Shown: positions 51,421 to 63,950, counted from the stretch's first letter. The stretch: DNA of 64,000 bases from Octopus sinensis (GCF_006345805.1 NW_021832417.1:62001-126000), one strand, 5' to 3'. Numbers and translations are program-made. The notes: generated by a model not told the origin, from the letters alone.

Positions 51421-53399
51421 ACATTCACACACACATATATGCATGTATGTGGGTATCAAAGATACATATATGTATGTATTTTTGTGTGCATCCTTATCTT
51501 GACATTATGTCATAGTTTTAAACTAGCATCTCTGTGGTACAAGCCATGTTATTCATTTCCAGATTTCTGTGAAAAATATGACTGGTCATGGGGAAATATT
51601 TCCTTACTTGGCAACAGATAATGGTGACAAGAAGGGTAACAGAAAATGTTCCTTAACAAATTATGTCTGACCCATGTAAACATGTAAAAATGGACATTAA
51701 ATGATGATAAAGATATACAAATGTGTGTTTGTATGTGTGAGTGTTTATACTTGCATGTGTATGTGTTTATATTCTGTATCTTCACTTGCATGTAAAGACA
51801 AATCTATATTATTTTGTTTGGGATAAAATTTATGTTTTATAAATTACTGCCAGCCATATTCTGCAATATTACTTGACATAGCCCAATGACTGAAAAAGTC
51901 AATTAGGCTTCACTTTATCCAAAACATAATTTTGCCTAAGCACGAAACTTGAGTTGCTGCCAGGAACCCTTCAAGTTATGGTTTCTAATAGCCTTTATGT
52001 TTACAAATGAAAGAAAAGAGCACTAAAAGCATGGTAAAGCATTTATATTTGTTGGAAAAACAGTTGATGAATCACTACATTGTTAGGCACAATTTTACAT
52101 GCATACAGTATATGTATGATTAGTAATGTTATATATAGACAATCTTGAAACCGATCTGTCAGAAAATTCCCAAGTCATTCATTTTAACTAAGAGAACCAT
52201 AAGATGTGTTTATATAATATCAATCCCTATGGCTAAACTACTCTCAAATAAATGACTGTAGAGTTATGTACAGGTATACTGAATTATTTTGTGTTCTGTA
52301 TAAATATGAATTATTTAATTTATTACATGACTGACTAAAATAGGGGGAAATCATGTTAGCTGTTAATTTTGTATCCTGATTACATATTGCTACAGGGTGC
52401 GATTTAGATTCAAAAGTTTTCTGGGTAACCAAAATATAGTACAAGGAATTATTTGAAGAAGAACAATTATCCCCAAACAAAACTGTAAGAAAATACCCAA
52501 TTATCTTTCTGTATACATAAGAGAACAAGCGGATATCCTCACATGATTGCAATCTCCATAACTAAAATGCTTTCAAATATCTATACAGTTATCTACATTA
52601 TATATATATATATATTATATATATATATATATGTGTGGTGTGTATGTGTGCGTGTTTACGTGTGTGTGTATGCGTGTGCATATATATGTATGTATATGTG
52701 CATATATATATATATACATACATGTATATATATACATATAGATATGTGTGCCTGTTTATATATATGTGTGTGTGTGTGTATCTATATCATGTAGATAACT
52801 ATAGTTATGAATGCATGTGTCTGTATGCCTGTATGTACATGTCTGCTTGTATATGCACATGTATATACATACACACATGCACATACACACACATGCGCAT
52901 ACACACACAAAGACACACATATATACTTATTATTGGAAAGAACAACAAAACATCAAAAAATTAAAATACTCCTCAATAAATAAAAATCAAAGAATTAAAT
53001 TGTTTCTATCAATAACTGGGTCAATTATTGATATTATTTCAGTCTTGTGTAGAGGCGTGCGCACACGCTCATGCGTGTGTGTGTGAGGGGATACTTATTT
53101 ATTACATCTATCAATGGTTGGACCACTCACCACATCCTATTGTGTTTCCACTTCAAATTCTCACATTAGACACATATTTGTTCATCAACAATAGGGCTGA
53201 AGTAAAGTACCATATTTATGTAATTTATTTTGTCTTTACTTTTATTTGTGCTAGGGAAATAAATAGTCAAAGCAGGAGTTTTTTTCGTTCTTATAGTTAT
53301 TATCAATATTATCATGTTTGTTTGATTTTGTAGTAACTGTTGTAGTAATGGTTGTTGTTATTTTTTAAATTTTAGTTGTTGCTGTAATAGCTGTTTTTG

Positions 53400-53575
53400 C
53401 AGTTGTTTAACCCAAGGTCTGTTTGGATTGAGCAGACCTGAACCTGAAAGCATTCCAGCTGTGACCATATCTAGCACTGATTACATTGAGTAATGTGTTT
53501 TTTCTTTTTTTAAGATGGTAGGACAGGATTTGATTTGAGTGCGATTTGGCTTCCATTTCTTATGGGTGAAATATT
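53400..53575 (-). mobile_element. Repeat family D
   Basis: gttgtttaaccc...gattgagcagacct...aaagcattccagc...ttttaagatggtagg...gatttggct. Confidence 0.6.
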
Positions 53576-53644
53576 TACTTAGAGGCTCTTGTAATGGCAG
53601 TGATCATTATCATCATCATCGTCATCATCATCGTCATCCTCCTC

Positions 53645-53888
53645 CTCATCATCATCATTATCATTTAGCATCTATTTTCTACGTTGGCATGGGTTAGATG
53701 GTTTGACTGGACCTGGAAGCTGGAAAGCTGCACCAGGCTGCAGTCTCGTTTTGGCATGGTTTCTATGGCTGGATGCCCTTGCTAGTGCCAACCACTCCAA
53801 AGGTATAGTGGGTGCCTTTTATGTGCCACCAACGCAGGTGCTTTTATGTGTCACCGGCACAGGTGTCTTTTACATGCCACCAGCATTG
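53645..53888 (-). mobile_element. Repeat family C
   Basis: cat-repeat tail, gctggatgccctt core, three gcttttatgtgccacc-like units. Confidence 0.8.
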
Positions 53889-53997
53889 ATTTTGTTGAAT
53901 CTGTTGTTGTTGATATTGTTGTTTAGCTCCACATCAGTTCTAATAAAACAGATCTGATCAAATGCTTTCTAATTACAACCATCCAGTCTTTTATCTT

Positions 53998-54412
53998 GGC
54001 ATAGGTGTAGCTGGGTGCTAAGAAGTTTGCTTCCCAGCCACATGGTACCAGGTTCGGTGCCACTTCATGCTACCTTGGACAAGCGTCTTCTACCATAGAC
54101 TTGGGCTGACCAAAGCTTTGTGAGTGGATTTGGTAGATGGAAACTGAAAGAAACCCCACATATGTCAATATATATGTGTATGTTTGTGTGTGTGTTTGTG
54201 TGTGAGTCCTTGTTTGTCCCCTACCACCAGTTGACTACCAGTGTTGGTGCATTTATATACTTGTAACTTTGTGGTTTGGCATAAGAGACTGATAGAATAA
54301 GTACCAGGTTTTAAAAAATGAGTACTGGGGGCCAATCCATTCTGATTAAAATTCTTCAAGGTGGCTGCAGTTTAATGACTGAAAAAAGTAAAAGAATAAA
54401 AGAATTAAAGAA
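53998..54412 (+). mobile_element. SINE family A, full length, decayed
   Basis: Head, accaaagctttgtgagtggatttggtaga body, aagtaaaagaataaaagaa tail. Confidence 0.85.
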
Positions 54413-55259
54413 CAGAGGATCAATTATGTAATTCTTTGAGTTCATTCACTTTTAAGAAAGCAGGGCATTATTTAAGGGAGATTTGACAACTATTTCCAGC
54501 TGCCCAGTGTATAATGCAATGATAATTTCCATTAGCTCATGTTTGTAGCGATTGCTGTTTTGTGGCCATTTTTGTTGTAACTGCTGGGTTTGGTATTTTA
54601 CCATGTGTTTGGGTGTAGAATGCAGTTGCTGCTGCTGAGAAGAATGATGATGAAGATGTGGTTGTTTTATTTTTGTTGTAGCCTTTTCAGTTGATGTTAC
54701 AATTCTTGTAACTGCAGCAGCAGCAGTTGTTATATCTTTCCTCATACTGTATTGTAAGGATTGTTGTAGTGATTGTTGTTACTATTGTTTCAGTTGGTAC
54801 TGTTATACTGCTCACAGCTTTATGATGTTGTCTCTTCTAGATGAATTTGTAAATACAGATACCTCTTAGTGTTGTCATGCAGCAAATCATTCCTTGATGT
54901 TTTTTGTTAATCTTATGAAACAGACAAAAAGGAAACACAAAAAGAATCGATGAATCTGTTAAAATTCTCTCTATAATTTCATCCCTTATATTTCTCCTAT
55001 TATAATTCCTTTCAGTCCTTTATCTATTGTCAACTATCAATTTATCATTGTTCACACTGCTATGCTCAATGTTCTCTGCACAATGTTAGTACTGTTCTGC
55101 TCAAATCTCTTTTCTCTTCAATCTGTTTCCTCAGAATAATTTAGATCAATTTTTAACTGTTTTATCTTTAAACCTCTCATTTCATTCTGACACATATATT
55201 GTTACACTCACAGAATGTGCACCTGCCCCCCCCCCAACACACACACACATGCACAAATA

Positions 55260-56095
55260 TATCATCATCATCATCATTTAATGTCCACTTTCCATCCTGG
55301 CATGGGTTAGACGGTTTATCAGGAACTGGTCAGCTGGAGAGCTGCTCCAAGTTCCAGTTTAATTTAGCATGGTTTCTGCTGCTGCTGCTGGATGCCCTTC
55401 CTAATGCCAACCACTCCAAGAATGTAATAGATGCTTCCTATGTGTGACCAGTATCAGTGCCATTTACATGACGCACTGGTAATAGACATGACTATGGTTT
55501 CATGGGTACCATTTACATGACACTGGCAATTGTCACATGACACATGACTATGGTTTCACTTGGCTTGACAAATCTTCTCAAGTGCAGCATATCACCTATA
55601 GTCTTTGTCACTTGTCACCATGGTCTCAGTCACTTGTCATTACCTTCATGAGGCCCAACATTTGAAGATTGTGCTGCACCACCTTGTCCCTCACTTCTGT
55701 GAGGCCCAACATTCAAAGATCATTTCGAAGATCATGCTACCGACAATGGCCACAATTACAATTTCATGGCTGCCATTTATATGACACCAGCATCAGCCAA
55801 GACTATGATTTCCCTTGGCTTGACAAGTTTTCTCAAACACAGCATATCACCAAAGGTCTCTGTCACTAGTCATCACCACTGTGAGACTCAACATTCAAAG
55901 ATAATACTTCACCAACTCATCCCATGTCTTCCATAGGTTCCCTCCACAGTTAGAGATCAGCACTGCTTTACACTTCTTTACACAGCTGTTCTTGTCCATA
56001 CACATCAAATGACCATTTGCCTCTCTTGCATACTGCATCTGATGCCTCTTATACCTAGTTTTTCTCTCAAGACACACTGTCACTCATGCACAGAC
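55260..56095 (-). mobile_element. RTE-clade LINE 3' end with internal duplications
   Basis: ORF 55895-56083 GHLMCMDKNSCVKKC...KTWDELVK, then a family C 3' UTR and cat tail. Confidence 0.75.
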
Positions 56096-56108
56096 ATTGT
56101 ACATCTAG

Positions 56109-56149
<41 letters not shown>

Positions 56150-56153
<4 letters not shown>

Positions 56154-57021
56154 CTATTTGTGACCTGTTGGGTCACTGGGAAAGTCTGAGTTTCCCAGCA
56201 ACGGAGTTTTGTTTCATGAGGTTTTCTTTTCCATGTTATTTCGTATGATTTCAACAAATGTGACATCAAAACCATGCATAAACGGTTACTTTCCCCAGAA
56301 AAGGAAAGATTTGGCTGCTATTTCTTGCATGCCTTGCTACCACGTAACAGGTATTTCAAGTCCTTTATTGCAAATAGCTGTTACGTGGTAGCAGGGCGTG
56401 CTAGAATTAGCAGCGAAATCTTTGGAGGTGAGATAAATTGAATGCACTCCAAAAAAATCTATAGAAAAAAGTTATTTCACACCGAGGTTATGAATGGGTC
56501 TTTTATGAAATATTTACTGTACTTTTAAAGTCATTTTCATTTAAAAATATCTTTAAAATATGCCAAAAACAAATTTTTGTAATGGTATTTACTTGAAAAT
56601 AATTCAAGAAAACATTAAAATATTGTCTGTTTAAAGAAAGCTAAAATATAAATACTTACTGTACAAACAACTTACATTTTTGAAATCACATTCACTTAAA
56701 GATATTTCAAAATGATTAAAATATTGTATTTAACAAAAGTGAAAATAGAAACAATTTGTATTTTTTTTGCTGTCAAATCACTGTATCCAATTGAAAGATA
56801 AGAGTTTCTTCCGTTTCAGGGAAGTTTATTTTCGGAATATTTTCCTATTATGCACTGTTTTGAGTATTTATACATGAAAACCGTAATATCTTAACAACCT
56901 CTTGTTTGATTTACATGAAACTTGTATTATTCCGTTCACATTCATATTTCAGGGGCAATTTAATTCATAGTATTTTTCCATTATGCGCCAGTTTGACTGG
57001 GTAACATTGCCAGCAAGCTAG
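56150..57021 (+). mobile_element. Possible Helitron/Helentron-like non-autonomous element
   Basis: 5' hairpin gtgacc/ggtcac (56160-56176), internal gatttacatgaaacttg motif like the 3318 element, 3' hairpin ccagt/actgg (56988-57000) and terminal GCTAG; junction bases not fully canonical. Confidence 0.4.
56305..56423 (+). ncRNA. Candidate long hairpin (pre-miRNA/hpRNA-like)
   Basis: 46-nt arms, 43/46 paired on the + transcript (2 G-U), plus an apical extension and ~8-nt loop. Structure only; no expression evidence. Confidence 0.25.
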
Positions 57022-57920
57022 AAAGCAAGATTCAAGCTCACATTTAATGTATTATATATATATATATATATTGATACATATACATTGTGAACACATGTAT
57101 TGTTAATCTCAACAAAGGAAGCACATATTGGTTAATGTAGTCTCCTAAATTCTTAAAACCTGAGAATGGCCATGGCTGAAGTGTCCTTGATCAGAGTCTG
57201 CTCAATGAAAATGACACAGAGCTAAACAACAACAGATGCAACAAAATTAACCACTTCTTCCACTCTGTAAATTTCTCATGTAGCATTAACATGTAACATG
57301 AAAGACAAACTTGTTATTGTTTCTTTTTATTAAACAGAATTATTGAATAATAAGGAATGATAATTAACAAACATGAATTGATTAAAATATGGATATTTGC
57401 AATGATAGAGCACCAATTAACCTACTCTCTATATCTATAGAAATGGTTTTAAATGGCAACATGGTCACTAGCCACTTTCTTTTTAGACTGAGTTATACAG
57501 ATATTTTGAACAAACTGAGAATTGGCATATCTTTGAAGACACTTCCAAGCTTTCTCAGCAAAAATAAATATGATACTCTAGATATATATTTTAAGTAATT
57601 CTTTAATTAACATTTTAATGACTTTTTTGATTATATGTAAAATATATGTATTAATATATTTAGATTACAAAACTACAGAGATATTTTGAGATAACTAGCA
57701 GTAAGCTGTGTTGCTAAAATTTATTCAATAAAATACATAAATTTAGCATAGTTTGTATGTTATGAGAAGTGAATACTGATATCCCAAGCAAAGCACTCAG
57801 TGCTAGCTTAAATAATTTAAACTTGAGAAATATATATTTTATACTTGGCATTCAAGTGTACCAACCCACGTTGGTGTAAATACCACAGGTGCAATGCTCC
57901 ACAGTTAGAAATTAAAGTTA

Positions 57921-57958
<38 letters not shown>

Positions 57959-57981
57959 TGTGTGTGTATGTGTACATACAT

Positions 57982-58031
<50 letters not shown>

Positions 58032-58073
58032 TAATTTTATATATGTATTATTACATATATTTTAAATATAATC

Positions 58074-58120
<47 letters not shown>

Positions 58121-58124
58121 TATC

Positions 58125-58745
58125 ATCATCATCATCATCATCGTCGTTTAACGTCCGTTCTCCATGCTAGCATGGGTTGGACGGTTCGACCGGGGTTCTG
58201 GGAAGCCAGAAGGCTGCACCAGGCTCCAGTCTAATTTGGCAATGTTTCTACAGCTGGATGCCCTTCCTAACGCCAACCACTCCGTGAGTGTAGTGGGTGC
58301 TTTTTACGTGCCACCTGCACAGGTGCCAGGCGGGGCTGGCAACGGCCACGGTCAGATTGGTGTATTTATATGTGCCACCGGCACGGAAGCCAGTCGAGGC
58401 GGTGCTGGCATCGGCCACGAGTCGGATAGTGCTTTTTACGTACCACCAGACCAGGGATCCTGGCTGGTTCAATTCGATTTCGATTTCGCTTGCCCCAACA
58501 TGTCTTCACAAGCAAAGGGGGTGGCAAGGGTGCCTGTCGTACGGTCGCATTGGAGTATTTTACGTGCCACGGCCACGAGTCGGATAGTGCTTTTTACGTA
58601 CCACCAGACCAGGGATCCTGGCTGGTTCAATTCGATTCGATTTCGCTTGCCCCAACATGTCTTCACAAGCAAAGGGGGTTGGCATGGGTGCCTGTCGTAC
58701 GGTCGCATTGGAGTATTTTACGTGCCACGGCCCCGAGTCGGATAT
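58125..58745 (-). mobile_element. Young family C copy with a 158-bp tandem duplication
   Basis: CpG-rich; units 58413-58570 and 58571-58728, start of a third at 58729. Confidence 0.9.
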
Positions 58746-59182
58746 ATACATATATATACATATATATAATATACATATATATATACATATACATATATAT
58801 ACATATATATACATATATATATATACATATATATACATATATATATACATATATATATATATATACAAACATACATACATACATACATATATATACAAAC
58901 ATACATACATATATAATATATATATATACATACATACATATATATATACAAACATACATACATATATATACAAGCATACATACATACATACATACATACA
59001 TATACATACACAAACATACATACATACATATATATATATATATTATACATACATATATATATACATACATACATACATATATATATATACATACATATAT
59101 ATATATATACATACATATATATATATACATATATATATACATACATACATACATATACATATATATATACATACATACATAT

Positions 59183-59215
<33 letters not shown>

Positions 59216-59262
59216 TACATACATACATACATATATATATACATACATACATACATATATAT

Positions 59263-59295
<33 letters not shown>

Positions 59296-59317
59296 TACAT
59301 ACATACATACATATATA

Positions 59318-59353
<36 letters not shown>

Positions 59354-59385
59354 TACATACATACACATACATATATATATATACA

Positions 59386-59421
<36 letters not shown>

Positions 59422-59427
59422 CATACA
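58741..59427. repeat. ~690-bp compound (TA)/(TACA) microsatellite
   Basis: Direct reading; source of the long YI/HT-repeat ORFs in the track. Confidence 0.95.
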
Positions 59428-59846
59428 TATTCTCTTCGCCATAGACTGTGCACTGATAGAGACTGCAAATTCACCCATTTACCTGGAACAAAACGCTCTA
59501 TCCCCACAAAACTACAACAGCAACCACCATAATACAACATCACCACAACCACCAATATCTCAAACAAGGAATCCCCAAATCTGCCGCTATTCCCAGCGAG
59601 ACAGATTGTGCTTGCACAGGGATTGCCCCCTTTTACCCATCTCCCGGGACTCGTCGTCGGACATTTAAAGATAATCACTCACATAAAAATAGCCGCGGCC
59701 ACAGTCACCTGCGGTTCCCTAGACAGGAAACCACCTCTTCTTCCTCTTTTTTAGCTATAATGAATCTAGCAAAAGAACTGGAAAAAAACATCCGAGCTAT
59801 CACCCACCGCCATCCACCACTATTACCCCACTACACATGCCATTAA
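59428..59846 (+). pseudogene. LINE ORF1 C-terminal remnant with two CCCH-like fingers
   Basis: [21 protein letters not shown] and [17 protein letters not shown](FTH)LPG(T); frameshifted; reconstructed stop TAA at 59844-59846 overlaps the ORF2 ATG. Confidence 0.6.
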
Positions 59847-62800
59847 AAAGCAATCAAATAAACAAATCACCAAAACAATTAAAACCATCCACTCTCGCCT
59901 CAACATTTCTGCTTAATGCCCAAGGCATCAGCCCTTCCACCAATACACAAAAATGGAAGATAAGATTCCTGGAGGACTGGGTCGAGGCCCATCCAAACCA
60001 CATCCCTTTCTTCGTCCTCACTGAAAACCATTTAGTGACCTCCACTTGGAAGCCGAGGTGTGAAAGTAAAAATTTCAAAACCATTCGTGCTGATCGTGTT
60101 GGCAGAAGAAAGGGTGGGACTGCCATTTATGTCCATGATTCATTCTCAACAGAAGCCATGAACATATTTTCGAATGGATACTGCGAAGCAGTCGCTGTAT
60201 TCAGTCAAACCAACAACTTAACAGTAGTTGGGCTCTACAGACCACCCCAAACGCCCCTACCATGCTTCAAGGAATGCCTCAACAGCATAAAGTGTTTCAT
60301 TCAGCAGTGTCAACCTGACAACATTTTAATGATGGGAGATTTCAACCTTCCCGGGGTTGACTGGTCTACAAACAGTCTGCCGCCAGGTTCTTCTCTCTCA
60401 ACCCCTGACAGGGAGGCAGTGGAATCGCTTCTTGACTTCATGGATGACTTCTTCTTGTCCCAACTGGTACTCGAACCAACGAGATGTCATAAAAAACGTC
60501 TTAGACTTAATTTTCAGCAATCACACTGATACTATCCACAATATTGCAGTGGAGAAAACCCTACTCTCCGACCATGACATGGTTCTCTGTGATCTGAGAT
60601 TTCACTGGCCAAAATGCAAAACAAATGTCATCCCTCCTGCTCATCCATTTGACACTATGGATTTCCACAATGCAAACTGGGAAGCGATCAATAATGATCT
60701 TGCACAAGTCGATTGGTCCTTCACGCACACATACACACCCACTAACATCAAAAAGTCCTGGCAGTCACTTGTAGACACCATCACGAACATATGTGCAAGA
60801 CACACCCCATTAAGATCTGCAAACAAATCTAAGTGTCGAATCCCTAGAAATAGAAAATCTCTCATAAGGAAAATTAAAGAATCAACAAAAAGATCAACAT
60901 GCTGAAATACTGTCAACAGCAACACACCAACCTGACTGCCATCTCGTCGCTAGAGATTAAAAAACATAAACTCCAAAACAACATGATGTCTATCATCAAT
61001 AGTCAGCGAAGAGCTGAAGAGGCCTGGGCCATTGAGAAGATCAAACTCAATCCCAAAGTGTTCTTTTCATTTGCAAAAAAACACAGAGTCACTGGTTCTA
61101 CTGTTGGCCCTCTGATTGATGAAAATGGTACTCTTCAAGACAATGCCAAAACCATGGAGAAATATTGCAGAGAAACAATATTGCTCTGTTTTCAGCAATC
61201 CTGATATGACTGATCTGGGCTGTATCAGTGATGTTACTCCCCAATACACTTTATCGGACATAACATTTGGCGCTCCTGATGTCTTAGCAGCAATAAAGGA
61301 AATGAAGCATAATTCAGCAGTAGGTCCCAATAGGTTCCCTGCTTGTGTCTTGAAGATGTGTCAAAACCAACTTGCACCCCCTCTAGCCAATCTGTGGCGG
61401 AACTCATTGGATGCTGGATATATACCAGAAGACCTTCTATCCCAGTCTGTTGTCCCAGTTTTCAAAAAAGGAAACAAATCGCTTGCCGTGAATTACCGTC
61501 CAATCTCACTCACCTCTCATATCATCAAGGTATTTGAGAGGGTGCTGAGATCGCGTATGACTCACTTCCTTGAGAGTCATAATATGCTGAACCCCAACCA
61601 GCATGGATTCCGTAATGGGAGAGATTGCCTGACGCAGCTACTGCATCATTTTGATGACATTTTGAGAGCCTTGGGAGAGGGTTCCAACACTGATGTCATC
61701 TACCTTGATTTCAGCAAGGCCTTTGACAGGGTTGATCATAAGATCCTTCTGAGAAAGCTGTCCAATATTGGTGTCACTGGAAAGCTGCTACAATGGATCA
61801 AGTGCTTCCTCTAACAGAACCCAACATGTTGTAGTCGAAGGAGTCAAATCCAGCCCAGCCAAAGTCAGCAGTGGTGTCCCACAAGGCACTGTGTTGGGCC
61901 CACTTCTCTTCATCATCTACATAAATGATATTACTGACACCATCAAACACAGCAACATCAGAACCTTCGCTGATGATTCCAAGCTCCAGAAGGTCATCAA
62001 TGGCGTGGATGACCGAATAAACCTTCAGTCAGACCTACTGGCTGTTGTCCAATGGGCGGAAAAGACAACATGTTGCTAAATGAAGACAAATTCGAACTGA
62101 TCCACTTTGGAAGGGAGGACGCTCTGAAACTCCCATACTCTCTTCCTTCTGGAGAAATTCTCATGGCATCCAACAACATCAGAGACCTGGGAGTAACAGT
62201 GGACAACAACATAAGCTGGGCTACACATATAGCAGCAAAGTTGACATGGCCCGCAGAATGTGTTCCTGGATTCTCAGAACCTTCCAGTTGAGAGATTCCC
62301 ACGCTATTATCCTTCTCTTCTCCACTTTTGCCCGACCCCACCCCTTGAATACTGCTGTCCACTGTGGTCTCCCTACACAAAACAAAATATTATGAGAATT
62401 GAAGCTCCCCAAAGGTCAATCACAAAAAAGATAGATGGCATGTCAGACCTTGACTACTGGGGTAGACTAGAGAAGCTGAAATTGTATTCACTCCAACGAC
62501 GCCGTGAACGCTACATTATCTGTATGATGGGAAAATATTCCATCAGCACTGTCCGAATGATGTTGGCATCACCTTCAAAATGCATCCAAGGCTTGGACCA
62601 CGTGCCATCCGTCCACAACAAAAATCTAAATCGCATCACATAACGACAATACGGCACAACTATTTCACCTCAATTGGACCCGCTCTCTTCAACATTACAC
62701 CAGGACACGTCAAAAAAGAAACTGACCACACAAAATTCAAGAAGTCTTTGGACAAATTCCTTCAAACAGTACCGGACAAACCACCCACACCCGGATATGT

Positions 62801-62852
62801 CTCCGCAAACAATAACTCTCTGCTCGAATGGGCCTTGGTGCCCAAATCCTGA
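59837..62852 (+). pseudogene. LINE ORF2 (endonuclease + reverse transcriptase), frameshifted as given
   Basis: NAQG, TE, RADR..GG.AIYV, YRPP, GDFN, LDL, SDH; YRPISLTS, QHGFR, YLDFSKAFD, GVPQGTVLGPLLF, FADD; LEYCCPLWSP, LYSLQRRRERY. About 1000 codons. Confidence 0.93.
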
Positions 62853-62940
62853 ACTGAAAGACTTCGCCAGGTGGTGCTATTAAGTTAGACATGGCCTGGG
62901 CCAATACTGGCCAAAAACCTTTCTAAGTTATTCTAAGTTA

Positions 62941-62944
62941 TACA

Positions 62945-62980
<36 letters not shown>

Positions 62981-63045
62981 TATACATCTACATATATACA
63001 TACATACATATACATACATACATATACATACATACATATACATAC

Positions 63046-63076
<31 letters not shown>

Positions 63077-63175
63077 ATATTATATATATATATATTATTA
63101 TTATATATATATATAATATATAATATATATATATATTATATATATATATAATATATATATATATATACATACACA
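62941..63175. repeat. (TACA)/(TA) microsatellite
   Basis: Direct reading. Confidence 0.95.
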
Positions 63176-63950
63176 CATGGTCTGATGGATAAATTGTCGC
63201 CATTTTATAAATTTAATTTCACACATGCGCATTGTTTTTGATTTTATTGACTACACAATATAGTTGGGTCAGTTGAGTACTGTCTGTGAGAAAAACAACA
63301 CCATGATGCAATTCACTCTGCCAGAAATTTGGAAATGATATGCTGTACTGCTTGGCAATCATGCCAGTAGCTCCAATATGAACAGATGGTGAACACACAG
63401 AACTACCATTGGCTTGCATGTCCCCAAAACATGTACTGAGAGTGATAAAAATCAAACATCCAGTCAGCATCATGGTGTTTGGCATGATCACTAGTGATGG
63501 CAACTTTATGCCTCTATTCATCTTCCCACTCAGCCTCAGACTCAACATAAAAGCCTGCATTAAGTGCCTGGATGAGGTAATGCTGACCTGGGTCAAGAGG
63601 ATGGCTGCTGGAAGACCCTATGCCTGGCAACAGGACTCTGCACCATGCCACACAAGCAGGAGAACCCAGTCATGGCTGTCAGACAATTTCTGCGACCACA
63701 TCACTCCCAACAACTGGCCATCTAATGCAGCAACACTGCAACTCTCTTGAATATTATGCATGGGGCACAGATAAGTGAGAGACCAACAAAAATCCTTGTA
63801 ACACCAAAATGAACTGAAGGCAAGGATTATGGCAGCATTCACCAACTTAAACAAGGAGAGTGTCCAGAATAGTTGCTGGAGATTCCGAAGTCGTCTGGAG
63901 GCTGTGGTTGAAGCCAATGTCAATTTTATTGAACAAATTTACTCTTTAGT
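63176..63950 (+). mobile_element. maT/DD37D-like Tc1-mariner transposon, internally deleted
   Basis: KHPVSIMVFGMITSDG...WQQDSAPCHTS...WP; after one indel CNSLEYYAWG and FRSRLEAVVEAN. 37 residues lie between the QQD aspartate and the third acidic position, which is GAA (E) in this copy. 3' TIR not seen. Confidence 0.8.

Larger units (their letters stand above)
59428..62940 (+). mobile_element. CR1-clade LINE, 5'-truncated within ORF1
   Basis: ORF1 C-terminal remnant, ORF2 with APE endonuclease and RT, short 3' UTR with stem-loop ggcca-atac-tggcc (62899-62912) and terminal (ttctaagtta)x2 at 62921-62940. Confidence 0.93.

Noticed and set aside
58413-58745. CRISPR-like array
   Set aside because: Whole-unit tandem duplication with no spacers; eukaryotic context; no cas genes.
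58490-59678. Long ORFs of 150-392 aa (YI/HT/MYV repeats)
   Set aside because: Translations of TA/TACA microsatellite, which lacks stops in several frames; only the last ~80 codons belong to LINE ORF1.
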